A stretch of 64,000 nucleotides of DNA from Deltaproteobacteria bacterium. GTDB lineage: Bacteria; Myxococcota; UBA727; VGSZ01. Of this stretch, positions 36,602 through 45,628 are shown piece after piece. A model generated the notes under the pieces. It was given only the letters and a program-made list of their open reading frames with translations, did no database searches and was not told the origin of the DNA. Position numbers and translations under genes: made by a program. Position 1 is the first letter of the stretch; each line of letters starts with the position of its first letter. The stretch spans positions 271,519-335,518 of the forward strand of contig JACOUT010000009.1 in the NCBI GenBank assembly GCA_016177705.1, in the 5' to 3' direction.

Positions 36602-38077
36602 GTGCACGTTGTCGCAGCCGGAAAGACCGACGTCGGTCAGAAGCGGGACCACAACGAGGACTCGATCCTCCTCGATCCCTCAATTGACCTCTACGTGGTG
36701 TGCGACGGCATGGGCGGCCACGCCGCCGGCGAGATCGCGTCGCAGCACGCGGTGCGCACCGTGCAGCGGGTCATCGGCGAAAACCGCGCCATCCTCGAGG
36801 AGTTCAAGAAGCGCGGCGAGGTCGGCGAGGCGCGCGAGAAGCTGACCGGCCTGCTCGAGATGGCGGTCAACGTCGCCTGCTCCGAGATCTTCGGCATGGC
36901 CACGGCCGACTCGGGCAAGGCCGGCATGGGCACCACGCTGGTGATGATGCTGGTCGCCAACGGTCGCGGTCTGATGGCGCACGTCGGCGACAGCCGCTTG
37001 TACATGGTGCGCCAGGGGCAGATCCACCAGCTCACCGAGGACCACAGCTACACGTCCGAGATGATCAAGCGCGGCAAGATGACGCGCGAGCAGGCGCGCC
37101 AGAGCCCCTACTCGAACGTCATTACGCGCGCCGTCGGCATCCAGAAGAACGTGCAGGTCGACACGCTGCTGTTCGACATCATCCCGGGCGACACCTTCCT
37201 GCTCTGCTCCGACGGCCTGCACGGCTACGCCGAGGATCCGAACGACCTGGCCGACATGTTGTCGGACACCGACCTCGACAAGCTGCCGCAGAAGCTGATC
37301 GAGATGGCCAACTCGCGCGGCGGCAAGGACAACATCTCCGCTGTCATCATCCGCGCGGTCGCCGACCCGGAGGACAAGGCGCTCGAGGAGCAGCGCGCCA
37401 GCGAGGTCAACCTCAAGCTCGACACGCTCAAGAAGATCCCGCTGTTCCGCTACCTCACCTACCAGGAGCTGGTGAAGGTGCTGAACATCACCTACCTCGA
37501 GACTTACGAGGCGGGAACGCCCATCATCAAGGAGGCGGAGAACGGCGAGGAGCTGTACATCATCCTGGCCGGCCGCGTGGTCGTGTCGCGCGGCAACCAG
37601 GAGATCGTCGAGCTGCACCCCGGCGTGCACTTCGGCGAGATGGCGCTCGTCGATCAGAGCCCGCGCTCGGCCACGGTGACCGCGAAGGATCCGGCGCGCT
37701 TGCTGGTGGTGCAGCGTCGCAGCTTCTACACGCTGATCCGGAAGGAGCCGGTGCTCGCCGTCAAGCTGTTGTGGAGCTTCGTGCAGGTGCTGTCGCGCCG
37801 GCTGCGCGAGACCAACGAGCAGCTCTCGGGTGTGCGTTCGGCGCTCGAGAGCCGCGACATCCCCTTCATGGAGATCGAGGACGTCGACGAGAACGAGGAC
37901 ACCAGGCCTCGCTCGCCGTCGCTGGCCACCGCCTCCACGCCAACCCCGTCGGTCCCGCAGCCCGCTCCTGCCGCGCCGGCGCCGGTCACGACCGGCCCGG
38001 TGTCGCAGTCGGAGATCATCACGGCGCCGCAGCCGGTGCCGCTCGGCATCCGGCCACCTGGCAGCACCAAAGAGTAG
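36602..38077 (+). CDS. PP2C-family Ser/Thr phosphatase fused to a cyclic-nucleotide-binding domain
   Basis: GKTDVGQKRDHNED, VCDGMGGHAAGEIAS, LLCSDGL, GGKDNISAVII (PP2C). LFRYLT...GEELYIILAGRV...FGEMALVDQSPRSATVTA (cNMP-binding). GTG 36602 has GAAGGA upstream; TTG 36554 is an alternative start. Confidence 0.8.
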   Translation: MHVVAAGKTDVGQKRDHNEDSILLDPSIDLYVVCDGMGGHAAGEIASQHAVRTVQRVIGENRAILEEFKKRGEVGEAREKLTGLLEMAVNVACSEIFGMATADSGKAGMGTTLVMMLVANGRGLMAHVGDSRLYMVRQGQIHQLTEDHSYTSEMIKRGKMTREQARQSPYSNVITRAVGIQKNVQVDTLLFDIIPGDTFLLCSDGLHGYAEDPNDLADMLSDTDLDKLPQKLIEMANSRGGKDNISAVIIRAVADPEDKALEEQRASEVNLKLDTLKKIPLFRYLTYQELVKVLNITYLETYEAGTPIIKEAENGEELYIILAGRVVVSRGNQEIVELHPGVHFGEMALVDQSPRSATVTAKDPARLLVVQRRSFYTLIRKEPVLAVKLLWSFVQVLSRRLRETNEQLSGVRSALESRDIPFMEIEDVDENEDTRPRSPSLATASTPTPSVPQPAPAAPAPVTTGPVSQSEIITAPQPVPLGIRPPGSTKE

Positions 38078-38089
38078 CGTCGGCCTACC

Positions 38090-38983
38090 ATGTCGACGAC
38101 CCGCGACCCCGACAAGACGCGCGTCTCGCAGGTGAGCCGCATCGCGGACAAGCGTCCGACGGGCACGCCGTGCTTCGTGCAGATCTACGGCAAGGACCTC
38201 GGCAAGAAGTACGCGCTCGACAAGGTGCAGATGACCATCGGGCGCGGTCCCGACAACGCCATCGTCTGCGACATGGACAACGTGTCGCGCACCCACTGCA
38301 AGATCTACGTGAGCGCGGGCGGCAACTACGTCGAGGACATGGGCTCGACCAACGGCACCTTCGTCAACGACGAGGAGCTGAGCAGCCGCCGCAAGCTCAA
38401 GAACGGCGATTTCATCAAGGTCGGCGGCGTCATCTTCAAGTACATCGACGGCGACAACATCGAGAACCTCTACTACGAGGAGATCTATCGGATGGCCATC
38501 ATCGATGGCCTGACGCAGATCTACAACAAGCGCTACCTGCTCGAGTTCCTCGACCGCGAGATCGCGCGGTGCGCGCGCTACGCGCGCCCGCTCTCGCTCA
38601 TCATGTTCGACCTCGACCACTTCAAGCGCGTCAACGACGAGTTCGGCCACCTGGCGGGCGACTACGTGCTCAAGCGCGTCGCCGACCTGATCCACAAGAA
38701 GCACATCCGCAAGGAGGAGTGCTTCGCGCGCTACGGCGGCGAGGAATTCGCCGTCGTGCTGCCCGACACGCCCGCCGACCGCGGCGTCATCCTGGCCGAG
38801 AAGGTCCGACAGCTCATCGAGGAGTCGCGCTTCGAATTCGAGAACAACGTCATCCCGGTGACGGTGTCGATGGGCGTCTCCGAGATGAAGAAGGGCGACA
38901 CCTGCGAGAGCTTCATCGTGCGAGCCGACGAGAAGCTGTACCTGTCGAAGCAGAACGGTCGCAACCGCGTCTCGCTCGGCTAG
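38090..38983 (+). CDS. FHA-domain diguanylate cyclase (FHA-GGDEF)
   Basis: FHA: MTIGRGPDNAIVCDMDNVSRTHCKI...GSTNGTFVNDEEL. GGDEF: DGLTQIYNKRY...DLDHFKRVNDEFGHLAGD...RYGGEEFAV. The I-site position reads RKEE rather than RxxD. Confidence 0.85.
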   Translation: MSTTRDPDKTRVSQVSRIADKRPTGTPCFVQIYGKDLGKKYALDKVQMTIGRGPDNAIVCDMDNVSRTHCKIYVSAGGNYVEDMGSTNGTFVNDEELSSRRKLKNGDFIKVGGVIFKYIDGDNIENLYYEEIYRMAIIDGLTQIYNKRYLLEFLDREIARCARYARPLSLIMFDLDHFKRVNDEFGHLAGDYVLKRVADLIHKKHIRKEECFARYGGEEFAVVLPDTPADRGVILAEKVRQLIEESRFEFENNVIPVTVSMGVSEMKKGDTCESFIVRADEKLYLSKQNGRNRVSLG

Positions 38984-39804
38984 CCCGCCGCATCGGCGGG
39001 CAGCTTCGCCGCGCGCGCCCCGCGCAGCGCGCCGAGCGCCGCCAGCGCGCCACCGACCACGAGCCCGAGCGCGACCTTGAGCCCGAGCACCGTCGCGTAC
39101 GGCAGCGACGGCAACAGCGGCGCGGTGAGCAGCAGCGCGACGCCGAGCGCGACGCCCGGCAAGAGCGGCCCGGGCGTCTGCCAGGAGGGCAGCGTGACGA
39201 CGACCAAGCGATGGCGCACCTCGGCGAAGCCCTTCATGGTGGCACCGAGGCCGAGCAGCAGCGCGTACAGACACGTGGTGCCGCCGAGGTGGCGCGCCAG
39301 CTCGCCCGGGGGCACCACGTCGAGCAGGTGCAGCCGAAGCCAGAGCGCGCCCGTGCCCGCACCGGCGGCGAGCAGCCCGGCGGGCAGGGCATGCTCGAGC
39401 ACCAGCCAGCGCCACAGCGGCACCGCGCGCGTGCCGCGCGGTACGCGCGTGTCCCTCAACGCCAGCGCTGCCGCCGGCACGAGCGCGGCGGCGCCGCCGA
39501 GGAAGATGGCGGCACGCCCAAAGCCCTCGAGCCCGATGGCGAACGGCGCTGCCACCGCGGCGCCGAGCAGGCCGGCCGCGAGGTTGCCGAGCAGCGTGCC
39601 GCGCGCGCGCTCCCCCGGCGAGACCGCGACCAGCCCGCGGCGCACGAACAGCACGAACAGCGCCGAGCGCGCGGCGAAGCCAAGCACGAAACCGAGTCCG
39701 CCGAGGACCGTTGCCAAGCCCGGCACTGGCGGCCGCGCGACCAGCGCGGCGAGCAGCGGCAGCGCCAGCAGCACCGCGGTCGCACGGACGAGCGCCCAAC
39801 GCAT
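38980..39804 (-). CDS. Polytopic integral membrane protein, hypothetical
   Basis: About 8 hydrophobic helices rich in Ala/Leu/Gly, with high GC3 in this frame. Its stop shares CTAG with the convergent GGDEF gene. Confidence 0.5.
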   Translation of the reverse strand: MRWALVRATAVLLALPLLAALVARPPVPGLATVLGGLGFVLGFAARSALFVLFVRRGLVAVSPGERARGTLLGNLAAGLLGAAVAAPFAIGLEGFGRAAIFLGGAAALVPAAALALRDTRVPRGTRAVPLWRWLVLEHALPAGLLAAGAGTGALWLRLHLLDVVPPGELARHLGGTTCLYALLLGLGATMKGFAEVRHRLVVVTLPSWQTPGPLLPGVALGVALLLTAPLLPSLPYATVLGLKVALGLVVGGALAALGALRGARAAKLPADAAG

Positions 39805-39813
39805 GCCGTCAAC

Positions 39814-40584
39814 CTAGGGCGCGGGGGTCGCAGTGTCGACCGGCCTGTCGACCGTGCTGTCGACCACGCGCTGCCACAGCGCCGGCACGCTTGGCGCGCC
39901 GGTCAACGCGAGCAGCGCCCGCTCGACGCAGCCGGCGCGGCCGTCGCGCGCGGCGGCCTCCATCACGGTGGCGAACGCGCGCGGGCCGTAGTCGCGCTCG
40001 AGCAGCGTCGCCAGCGCGTGCGCGGCGCCGTAGGCGGCGTCGGGGTCGCGTGCGAACCAGTCGACGGTGAGCGGCAGCGCGCCCGCGGCGCGCGCGATCA
40101 CTTCGACCGGCGACACGCGCGCTTGCCCCGCGACGACGGAGCACGCACCCTCGGTGAAGAAGCGCGGCACGCGCGCCGCGATGGCCGTCGGTTCGTCGGC
40201 GAAGCTGTGCAGCAAGGCGGCGTGGCACAGCTCGTGCGTGAGGCGCTGCGTGCGCACCGCGTCGCCGTCGTCGCCCCACAGGCGCGGGTGCAGCAGGTGC
40301 ACGGTGCCCCACGTGGTCCACGCGCGCAGCGCCGCCTGCTCCTGGCCGGTGGCGGCGACGAAGGAGGCGGTGGTCTCGTGGACCGCGATCGACGTCGTGC
40401 GCGGCCGGAGCGCGAGCCCGTATGCGCGCAGCGCCCGCTGCGCGCGCTCGACATGCACCATGGTCCACGACGCGTCCGCCGCGCTCGATGACGGCACGTC
40501 GGCGGCGGGCGTCCGGCAGGCGCTCGCCACCGCCAGCACGGCGCTTGACCAGCAGACCACTAGCCAAGATGCTCGGTGCCTCAT
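39814..40584 (-). CDS. Lipoprotein with HExxH motif (putative zinc metallopeptidase-like)
   Basis: Lipobox MRHRASWLVVCWSSAVLAVASAC. RLTHELCHAALLHSF contains HELCH. High GC3. Confidence 0.45.
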   Translation of the reverse strand: MRHRASWLVVCWSSAVLAVASACRTPAADVPSSSAADASWTMVHVERAQRALRAYGLALRPRTTSIAVHETTASFVAATGQEQAALRAWTTWGTVHLLHPRLWGDDGDAVRTQRLTHELCHAALLHSFADEPTAIAARVPRFFTEGACSVVAGQARVSPVEVIARAAGALPLTVDWFARDPDAAYGAAHALATLLERDYGPRAFATVMEAAARDGRAGCVERALLALTGAPSVPALWQRVVDSTVDRPVDTATPAP

Positions 40585-41161
40585 GTCGGTCCGCCCCTAC
40601 CTGTTTGCCGCTGCCATCCTCGCCGCGTCGTGCACCGGCGACAAGGCGGCGGGGCGCGGCGCTCCGCCCGCGACCGCCGCCACGCCGAGCACGACGCCGC
40701 TCGACGCGCCGCCCGCGGCAGTGCGCGTGGTCGACGCCCCTGGTCTGAACGTCGAGGATCTGACGGCGCGCGTACGCGACGCGCTCGCGCGTGACTCCGG
40801 CCTCGAGGTGGTCGACGAGCTGTCCGTGCGCCGTGAGCTGGCCGCATGTACCGAGGCGCCGTGCCCGGACGAGCTGGCGGTGCGCTTTCGCGACGCGCGC
40901 TACCTGGTGGCCTCGTCGGTGTCGCGCCTCGGCAGCACCTTCCTCGCCTCCGTGCGAGTGCAAGACGGGCCAAAGGAGATCGCGCGCGCCAACGCCGAGG
41001 ATCCAGACGCGCGCGTGGCCGCCGCCAAGGCCGGTGCGGCGGCCGGCGCCCAGGTGCGCCGCGTCCTGCTCGCAGCCGGCGTGGCCGAACGAGTGCGTGC
41101 ACCCGATGCCGTAGGCGGCGCCGGCGCCGGCACGGAACGCGACGAGGGCCCAGGCGGCTGA
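40583..41161 (+). CDS. Hypothetical lipoprotein
   Basis: Lipobox MSVRPYLFAAAILAASC. Good GC3. No domain recognised. Confidence 0.5.
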   Translation: MSVRPYLFAAAILAASCTGDKAAGRGAPPATAATPSTTPLDAPPAAVRVVDAPGLNVEDLTARVRDALARDSGLEVVDELSVRRELAACTEAPCPDELAVRFRDARYLVASSVSRLGSTFLASVRVQDGPKEIARANAEDPDARVAAAKAGAAAGAQVRRVLLAAGVAERVRAPDAVGGAGAGTERDEGPGG

Positions 41162-41190
41162 CAAGCGCGCCGGTCGGGTGCGGTAGGGGA

Positions 41191-43728
41191 CTAGCGGCGC
41201 AAACGCGCCGCCTCGAGCAGCGCGATCAGCTCGTCGACCGGCGCTCGTTGCCCGGCGTCGAGGCGCAGCGCTTGCTCGTCGCGTACCAGCGCCTTGAGGT
41301 CGAGCAGCAGCGCCACCACGTTCTCGGCGTTCGCCTTGGAGGCCGACTCGGGCCACAACAGCTCCCCGGTCAAAGCCGCGGCCTTGAGCGCGTCCAGCAT
41401 GCGCTGCACGAGCTGCTTCTCCGTGACCGCCGCGGCCGTGGCTCCGGCCATGGCCGTGCGCAGGCACACCGGGTAGGCCTCGAGGAAGCTCGCGATCACG
41501 CCGTGCGCGAAGCGCCGCGCCGCGCGCGCGACATCGACGGTCGAGAGCACCAGATCGTCGCCGCTGGCCGCGAGGATGCCCGCCGCCGCGGCGGCGTCGA
41601 CCGCGGCGTGAAACAGCTCGGGGAAGCTCGTCCCCGGCTTGAAGATGAACTCGATCTTGAGCGCGCGCGACAGCTTGAGCGCGACCCTCGCCACCTCGCG
41701 GCGCGACACCGGCTCGCCCGGGCGCGCGCCGCACGCGGCCAGCGCCGCCGCGATGATCGCCTCGGGCACGATGTGGTGCAGGATCTGGTTCTTGAAGACC
41801 TCGAGGCGCAGCGCGGCGTCGGCCGCCGCCTGCACGATGACGCGCTCGCCAGCGCTGGTGCGTACCAAGAGCCCGTCGCCCACCAAACGGTCGAGCGCGG
41901 CGCGCAGGTCGCGCTCGATGTCGCCGTCGTCGAGGCCGGGCTCGAAGCGCACCGAGCCCGCCGGTTTCTTGCGGAGGTGAACGAACAGGCCGCCCGCCGT
42001 CTGGAGCAGCATCGCCTCGTCGAGGCCCTTCAGCCGCAGGCCGACCAGCGCGGCGGCGACCAGCGCCGTGGCGGTGACGATGCCCGCGCGGTTGATGCCA
42101 TAGACGATCTTGTGGCCGAGCGTCTGCACGGCGGCGCGGCGCGCGTCGTCGTCGATGACCCCGTCACGTGACAGGCCCCGCGCGGCCAGGTGCTCGGCAA
42201 GGAAGATGGGCTCGTCGAAGCCGATGAAGACGTGGCCGTAACGGCCGCCGAGCACGCCCGCGCTCTTGACCAGCGCGGTCGCCGACTCCTTCTCCTTTGC
42301 CTGGCCGCCGAGCTCGCCGGCGTACGCGCGCGCCTCGATGACCCGCTCGTAGGCGATGTGGCAGGGGACGAAGACGGCGTCGGGCTCCTTGGCGTCGAGG
42401 AAGGCGTCGATCAGCATCGACAACAGGCCGAGCTTGGGTGGCAGCGTCTTGCCGGTGCGGCTGCGCGTGCCCTCGATGAAGAAGCCCTGCGAGAACCCCT
42501 CGGTGAACAGCTTCTTCACGTAGGCGCGAAAGACCGCGACGTAGAGCGGATCGCCCTTGAAGCTGCGGCGCAGGAAGTAGGCGCCGCAGCGCCGAAACAG
42601 CGCGCCCAGCGGGAAGAAGTTCATGTTCTCGCCGGCGGCCAACAAGGGCGGCATCAGGCCCGCCTTGAGCATCGCCTGCGCGAGCACCAGCGAGTCGATG
42701 TGGCTCCTGTGCGACGGCACCAGCACGATGGGCCCGCGCCGCGCGGCCAGACGAATGCGCTCGATCTCGGCCGGCTCGACGTGGATGCCTTCGTAGATGC
42801 GCCGCCACACGGCGTCGAGCACGCGCGAGACCGCGCGCGTGACGTCGATGTCGGGCCGCGCCGCGATCTCGTCGAGCAACTTGCCCGCGCGCTTGTCGAG
42901 CAGCGCGCGCGACAGGCCGGTGTCGTGCGCAACACCGTCGAGGTAGCGGCCGAGCGTGGCGTCGCGCAACACCTCGAGCCGCAGCCGGCCGTGGCTCTTG
43001 AGCAGCGGGCCGTGCACCACGCGCTCGACGCGCGCGAGGTGGTGCAGGATCGACCAGCGCACCTTCTTGGCGACCACCTCGTCCTTGGCGGCACCTTGGG
43101 CGCGCAGCACCTCGCGCAGATCGATAGGCTCGCTCACCTCGAAACGCGCCGCCGGCCCCGCCACCATGACGCGCGCCAGCGCGCGCCACAGGCCGGGCTC
43201 CTCGACCGTGCCGAAGATGGCGTCGAGCGTGGTCGGCTCGAAGCTCGAGGGCCGCTGCTTGAGCGCGAGCAACACGGGCACCAGCAGGATCGGGCGGTCG
43301 AGCGTGCGCTGCGCGCGCACCAGCGCCTCGATGAAACGCGCGCGCGTCGAGGTGCCGCCCGACAAGAGGGTGAGCGGCCGGCGCAAGAACACCTCGGCGC
43401 ACAGGCCGGCGCCGACGCAGCGCTCGAGCAACTGCTCCTCACGCGCGGCACCTCGCCCGCCCGCCAGGATCGCCGGCAGCGCCCAGAAGGGCTGCAAGGC
43501 GGCGACGTTGAGCCCGCCCACGTAGCGGGCGCGCGGCAGCGCTTCGCGCAGCGCCACCCGCGCGAGCGCCAGGTGCTCGACGGGGTTTCTCGCGCGGTGC
43601 ACCCAGACGAGCACCGCGCCGTCGCGCGATGCCGTCCTGAGGCGCTCCGCGGCGGCGGCCGGAAAGGGGATGCCGTCGAGGAACCGCCCGGCGAAGCGCG
43701 ACAAGAGCGGCCCCAGCTTCGTCGGCAT
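41191..43728 (-). CDS. plsB: Glycerol-3-phosphate 1-O-acyltransferase
   Basis: VLVPSHRSHIDSLVL (HxxxxD), FFIEGTRSRTGK, VPCHIAYERV; about 850 aa. Start set at ATG 43728 because codons between 43842 and 43729 have poor GC3. The 43842 start cannot be excluded. Confidence 0.8.
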   Translation of the reverse strand: MPTKLGPLLSRFAGRFLDGIPFPAAAAERLRTASRDGAVLVWVHRARNPVEHLALARVALREALPRARYVGGLNVAALQPFWALPAILAGGRGAAREEQLLERCVGAGLCAEVFLRRPLTLLSGGTSTRARFIEALVRAQRTLDRPILLVPVLLALKQRPSSFEPTTLDAIFGTVEEPGLWRALARVMVAGPAARFEVSEPIDLREVLRAQGAAKDEVVAKKVRWSILHHLARVERVVHGPLLKSHGRLRLEVLRDATLGRYLDGVAHDTGLSRALLDKRAGKLLDEIAARPDIDVTRAVSRVLDAVWRRIYEGIHVEPAEIERIRLAARRGPIVLVPSHRSHIDSLVLAQAMLKAGLMPPLLAAGENMNFFPLGALFRRCGAYFLRRSFKGDPLYVAVFRAYVKKLFTEGFSQGFFIEGTRSRTGKTLPPKLGLLSMLIDAFLDAKEPDAVFVPCHIAYERVIEARAYAGELGGQAKEKESATALVKSAGVLGGRYGHVFIGFDEPIFLAEHLAARGLSRDGVIDDDARRAAVQTLGHKIVYGINRAGIVTATALVAAALVGLRLKGLDEAMLLQTAGGLFVHLRKKPAGSVRFEPGLDDGDIERDLRAALDRLVGDGLLVRTSAGERVIVQAAADAALRLEVFKNQILHHIVPEAIIAAALAACGARPGEPVSRREVARVALKLSRALKIEFIFKPGTSFPELFHAAVDAAAAAGILAASGDDLVLSTVDVARAARRFAHGVIASFLEAYPVCLRTAMAGATAAAVTEKQLVQRMLDALKAAALTGELLWPESASKANAENVVALLLDLKALVRDEQALRLDAGQRAPVDELIALLEAARLRR

Positions 43729-43864
43729 GCCGCGGCCGGCGAGGCCGCGCACGCGAACGGGTAGGGGTGCGAGCGTGTCCGCCACCGGCGCACTGTAAGG
43801 GAACCCTGGGCCCGTCGGCGCGGTCGAACATCCGGTTTCCACCCCGGGATCGGGACGCTAAGGT

Positions 43865-44428
43865 GTGGTGCGCATGACCGTTTCGGCACTCACGCTCGTC
43901 GTCGCAGCGGTCATGGCGGCCCAGCCGGGCCAGCCAAGCCAGGCGCCGGCGACCGCGCCAGATGCGCCGTCCGCGGCGCCTCGCCCTTTCCGCTGCGATG
44001 GCACCGACGGCTTCTTCTTCGATGAGTTGCAGCGCGCCGGCAAGGTCGGCTACGGCGAGACCTGGGACGCAACCCTGTGCGACGAGGGGGCAGCGGTCTA
44101 CGCCGAAGGCGACGCCCGTCTGCGCTCCGTCAGGCGCACCCGCCGCCCGGCCACCAAGGATGAGCAAGCGCTCGCCATGGTGGTGCCGCTGACGGTCGGC
44201 GGCGGCTTGACCTTCATCGTCGGCGCTGCCGCCGTGCTCGGCTGGTTGGGGCGGTTGCGCCGCCGCGTGGTGCTCGAGGCGCCGTGCCCGTCCTGCGGCG
44301 CGGCGCTGCCGGTGGAGGCCGGCGAAGGAGGCACGCAGTTGTTCTGCCCCATGTGCGGCGCCGCCTGCGCCATCGTCATCCAGGGGCGCGGCCGCAACGC
44401 CAGCGCCCACGCGAGCCCGCTTCGCTGA
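43865..44428 (+). CDS. Single-pass membrane protein: signal peptide, small ectodomain, TM, RRR, C-terminal zinc ribbon (copy 1)
   Basis: MVRMTVSALTLVVAAVMA...; TM VVPLTVGGGLTFIVGAAAVLGWL; GRLRRRVVLEAPCPSCGAALPVEAGEGGTQLFCPMCGAA. Start ambiguous (GTG 43865 or 43868, ATG 43874); AAGG at 43859. Confidence 0.55.
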   Translation: MVRMTVSALTLVVAAVMAAQPGQPSQAPATAPDAPSAAPRPFRCDGTDGFFFDELQRAGKVGYGETWDATLCDEGAAVYAEGDARLRSVRRTRRPATKDEQALAMVVPLTVGGGLTFIVGAAAVLGWLGRLRRRVVLEAPCPSCGAALPVEAGEGGTQLFCPMCGAACAIVIQGRGRNASAHASPLR

Positions 44429-44451
44429 TCGCGAGGACGAGGAGGTCGCCG

Positions 44452-45618
44452 GTGCCGCGTCTGCCCCTCTGCTGCGCATTGTCTGCGCTGGTGCTCGCGT
44501 CGGGCGCCGCGGCAGAGCCGCCGCCAGCCCCACCCATAGCCTCGGCGCCCGTGCCCGAGGCCAAGGCCAAGGCGAAGCCCCCGCTCGGGCCGAAGAAGAG
44601 CCCGCGCGTCTTGTGCGGCTGTCCGACGGCCCGCTTCCTCGAGCGCGCGGCGACGGGCGGCGCGGTGCCCGTGTGGCTTCACGACGGCGCGCACGTCGAC
44701 ACCTTCGTGCGCGACGCGGCCAAGCCGGGTCGCGTGCTCGCGTCCGACACGCCGCCCACCGTCGAGGAGCTGCCCGTCGCCGGTGAGCCCGTGCCCTCGC
44801 AGAGCCGCCTCGCGCGGGTGCGCGCCCCCGAGGGCTTTTTGGGCTTCCTCGGCATCCTGCGCACCAACGAGACGCTGCCCAAAGACGTGCTCGACCTGAG
44901 CAAGGGCGCTCCCTCCGCCGGCACCGCACCGGCCGCGCCGCGGCTGCGCGCGCTGTGGCTGAAGCCGCTCGAGGAGCGCGATCGGCCCGGCTGCGGCAAC
45001 TATCTGACGCACCAGGTGGCCTTCGAGCCGGTCGACGGCTCGGCCGAGCTGGCGGCCCTGTTGGTGCGTGACGTCGCCAACAACACCACCGCTCTCGTCG
45101 ACGTGCGCTTCGCCGGCGTCTACGGGCTCGGCCGCATCGACGTGTGCGAGCAGGGCATGCCGCTGCTCGCGGGCGCGCCCACGACGCTCGAGGTCCGCCC
45201 CGTGTCGACGTCTCTGGCGGTCGGCGAGGCCTGGTCGTTCACGTCGGACGGCGCGGGCGTGGTGGCGCCCGCGCGCGCGTCCGTGCCGCCGGAGGCGGAT
45301 CGCGATCGCATCGAGGATCCCTTCCCGGTGCCCGGCGAAGACGAGGGCCGCGGGCCCACGCTCAAGATGATCTCGGTCGCCGTCATGGGAGTGGCGGTGG
45401 CGGGCGCGGCGGTGGCAGCCTTGGTCGCGTGGGTGATCATCCCGATCCGCAGGCGTCGCATGAAGGACGTCCGTTGCACTGCGTGCGGCAAGGAGATCCC
45501 GGTTGATACGCTCGACGACAAGACCGACGGCTTCTTCTGCCCGTCGTGCGGCGCGGCGGGCTTCTGGAAGGGCAAGCGAGGGGCCGAGGTCGGGGTGCAC
45601 AAGCTTCCGGAGCCGTAG
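44452..45618 (+). CDS. Single-pass membrane protein: signal peptide, about 300-aa ectodomain, TM, RRRR, C-terminal zinc ribbon (copy 2)
   Basis: GTG 44452 with GAGGAGG 7 nt upstream. Signal VPRLPLCCALSALVLASGAAA; TM ISVAVMGVAVAGAAVAALVAWVII. The tail PIRRRRMKDVRCTACGKEIPVDTLDDKTDGFFCPSCGAAG aligns with the tail of copy 1. Confidence 0.6.
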   Translation: MPRLPLCCALSALVLASGAAAEPPPAPPIASAPVPEAKAKAKPPLGPKKSPRVLCGCPTARFLERAATGGAVPVWLHDGAHVDTFVRDAAKPGRVLASDTPPTVEELPVAGEPVPSQSRLARVRAPEGFLGFLGILRTNETLPKDVLDLSKGAPSAGTAPAAPRLRALWLKPLEERDRPGCGNYLTHQVAFEPVDGSAELAALLVRDVANNTTALVDVRFAGVYGLGRIDVCEQGMPLLAGAPTTLEVRPVSTSLAVGEAWSFTSDGAGVVAPARASVPPEADRDRIEDPFPVPGEDEGRGPTLKMISVAVMGVAVAGAAVAALVAWVIIPIRRRRMKDVRCTACGKEIPVDTLDDKTDGFFCPSCGAAGFWKGKRGAEVGVHKLPEP

Positions 45619-45628
45619 AGGGAGTGGC

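Noticed and set aside
38980-38983. Convergent genes sharing the palindromic CTAG as overlapping TAG stops
   Set aside because: This is real in the sequence, but it is most simply a coincidence of tight packing and has no obvious functional implication.
36680-40491. Very long ORFs of 1039 aa (minus strand, 36680-39799) and 1263 aa (plus strand, 36700-40491) over the PP2C / GGDEF / membrane-protein region
   Set aside because: They are out of frame or antisense relative to genes with textbook PP2C, cNMP, FHA and GGDEF motifs. Composition is dominated by Arg/Gly/Ala/His.
43729-43842. Longer plsB start at ATG 43842
   Set aside because: Codons in this stretch often end in A/T (gaa, gga, tgt, cca, cct, agt, gca, cta, gtt), unlike the rest of the gene. 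It is probably 5' UTR, though not excluded.
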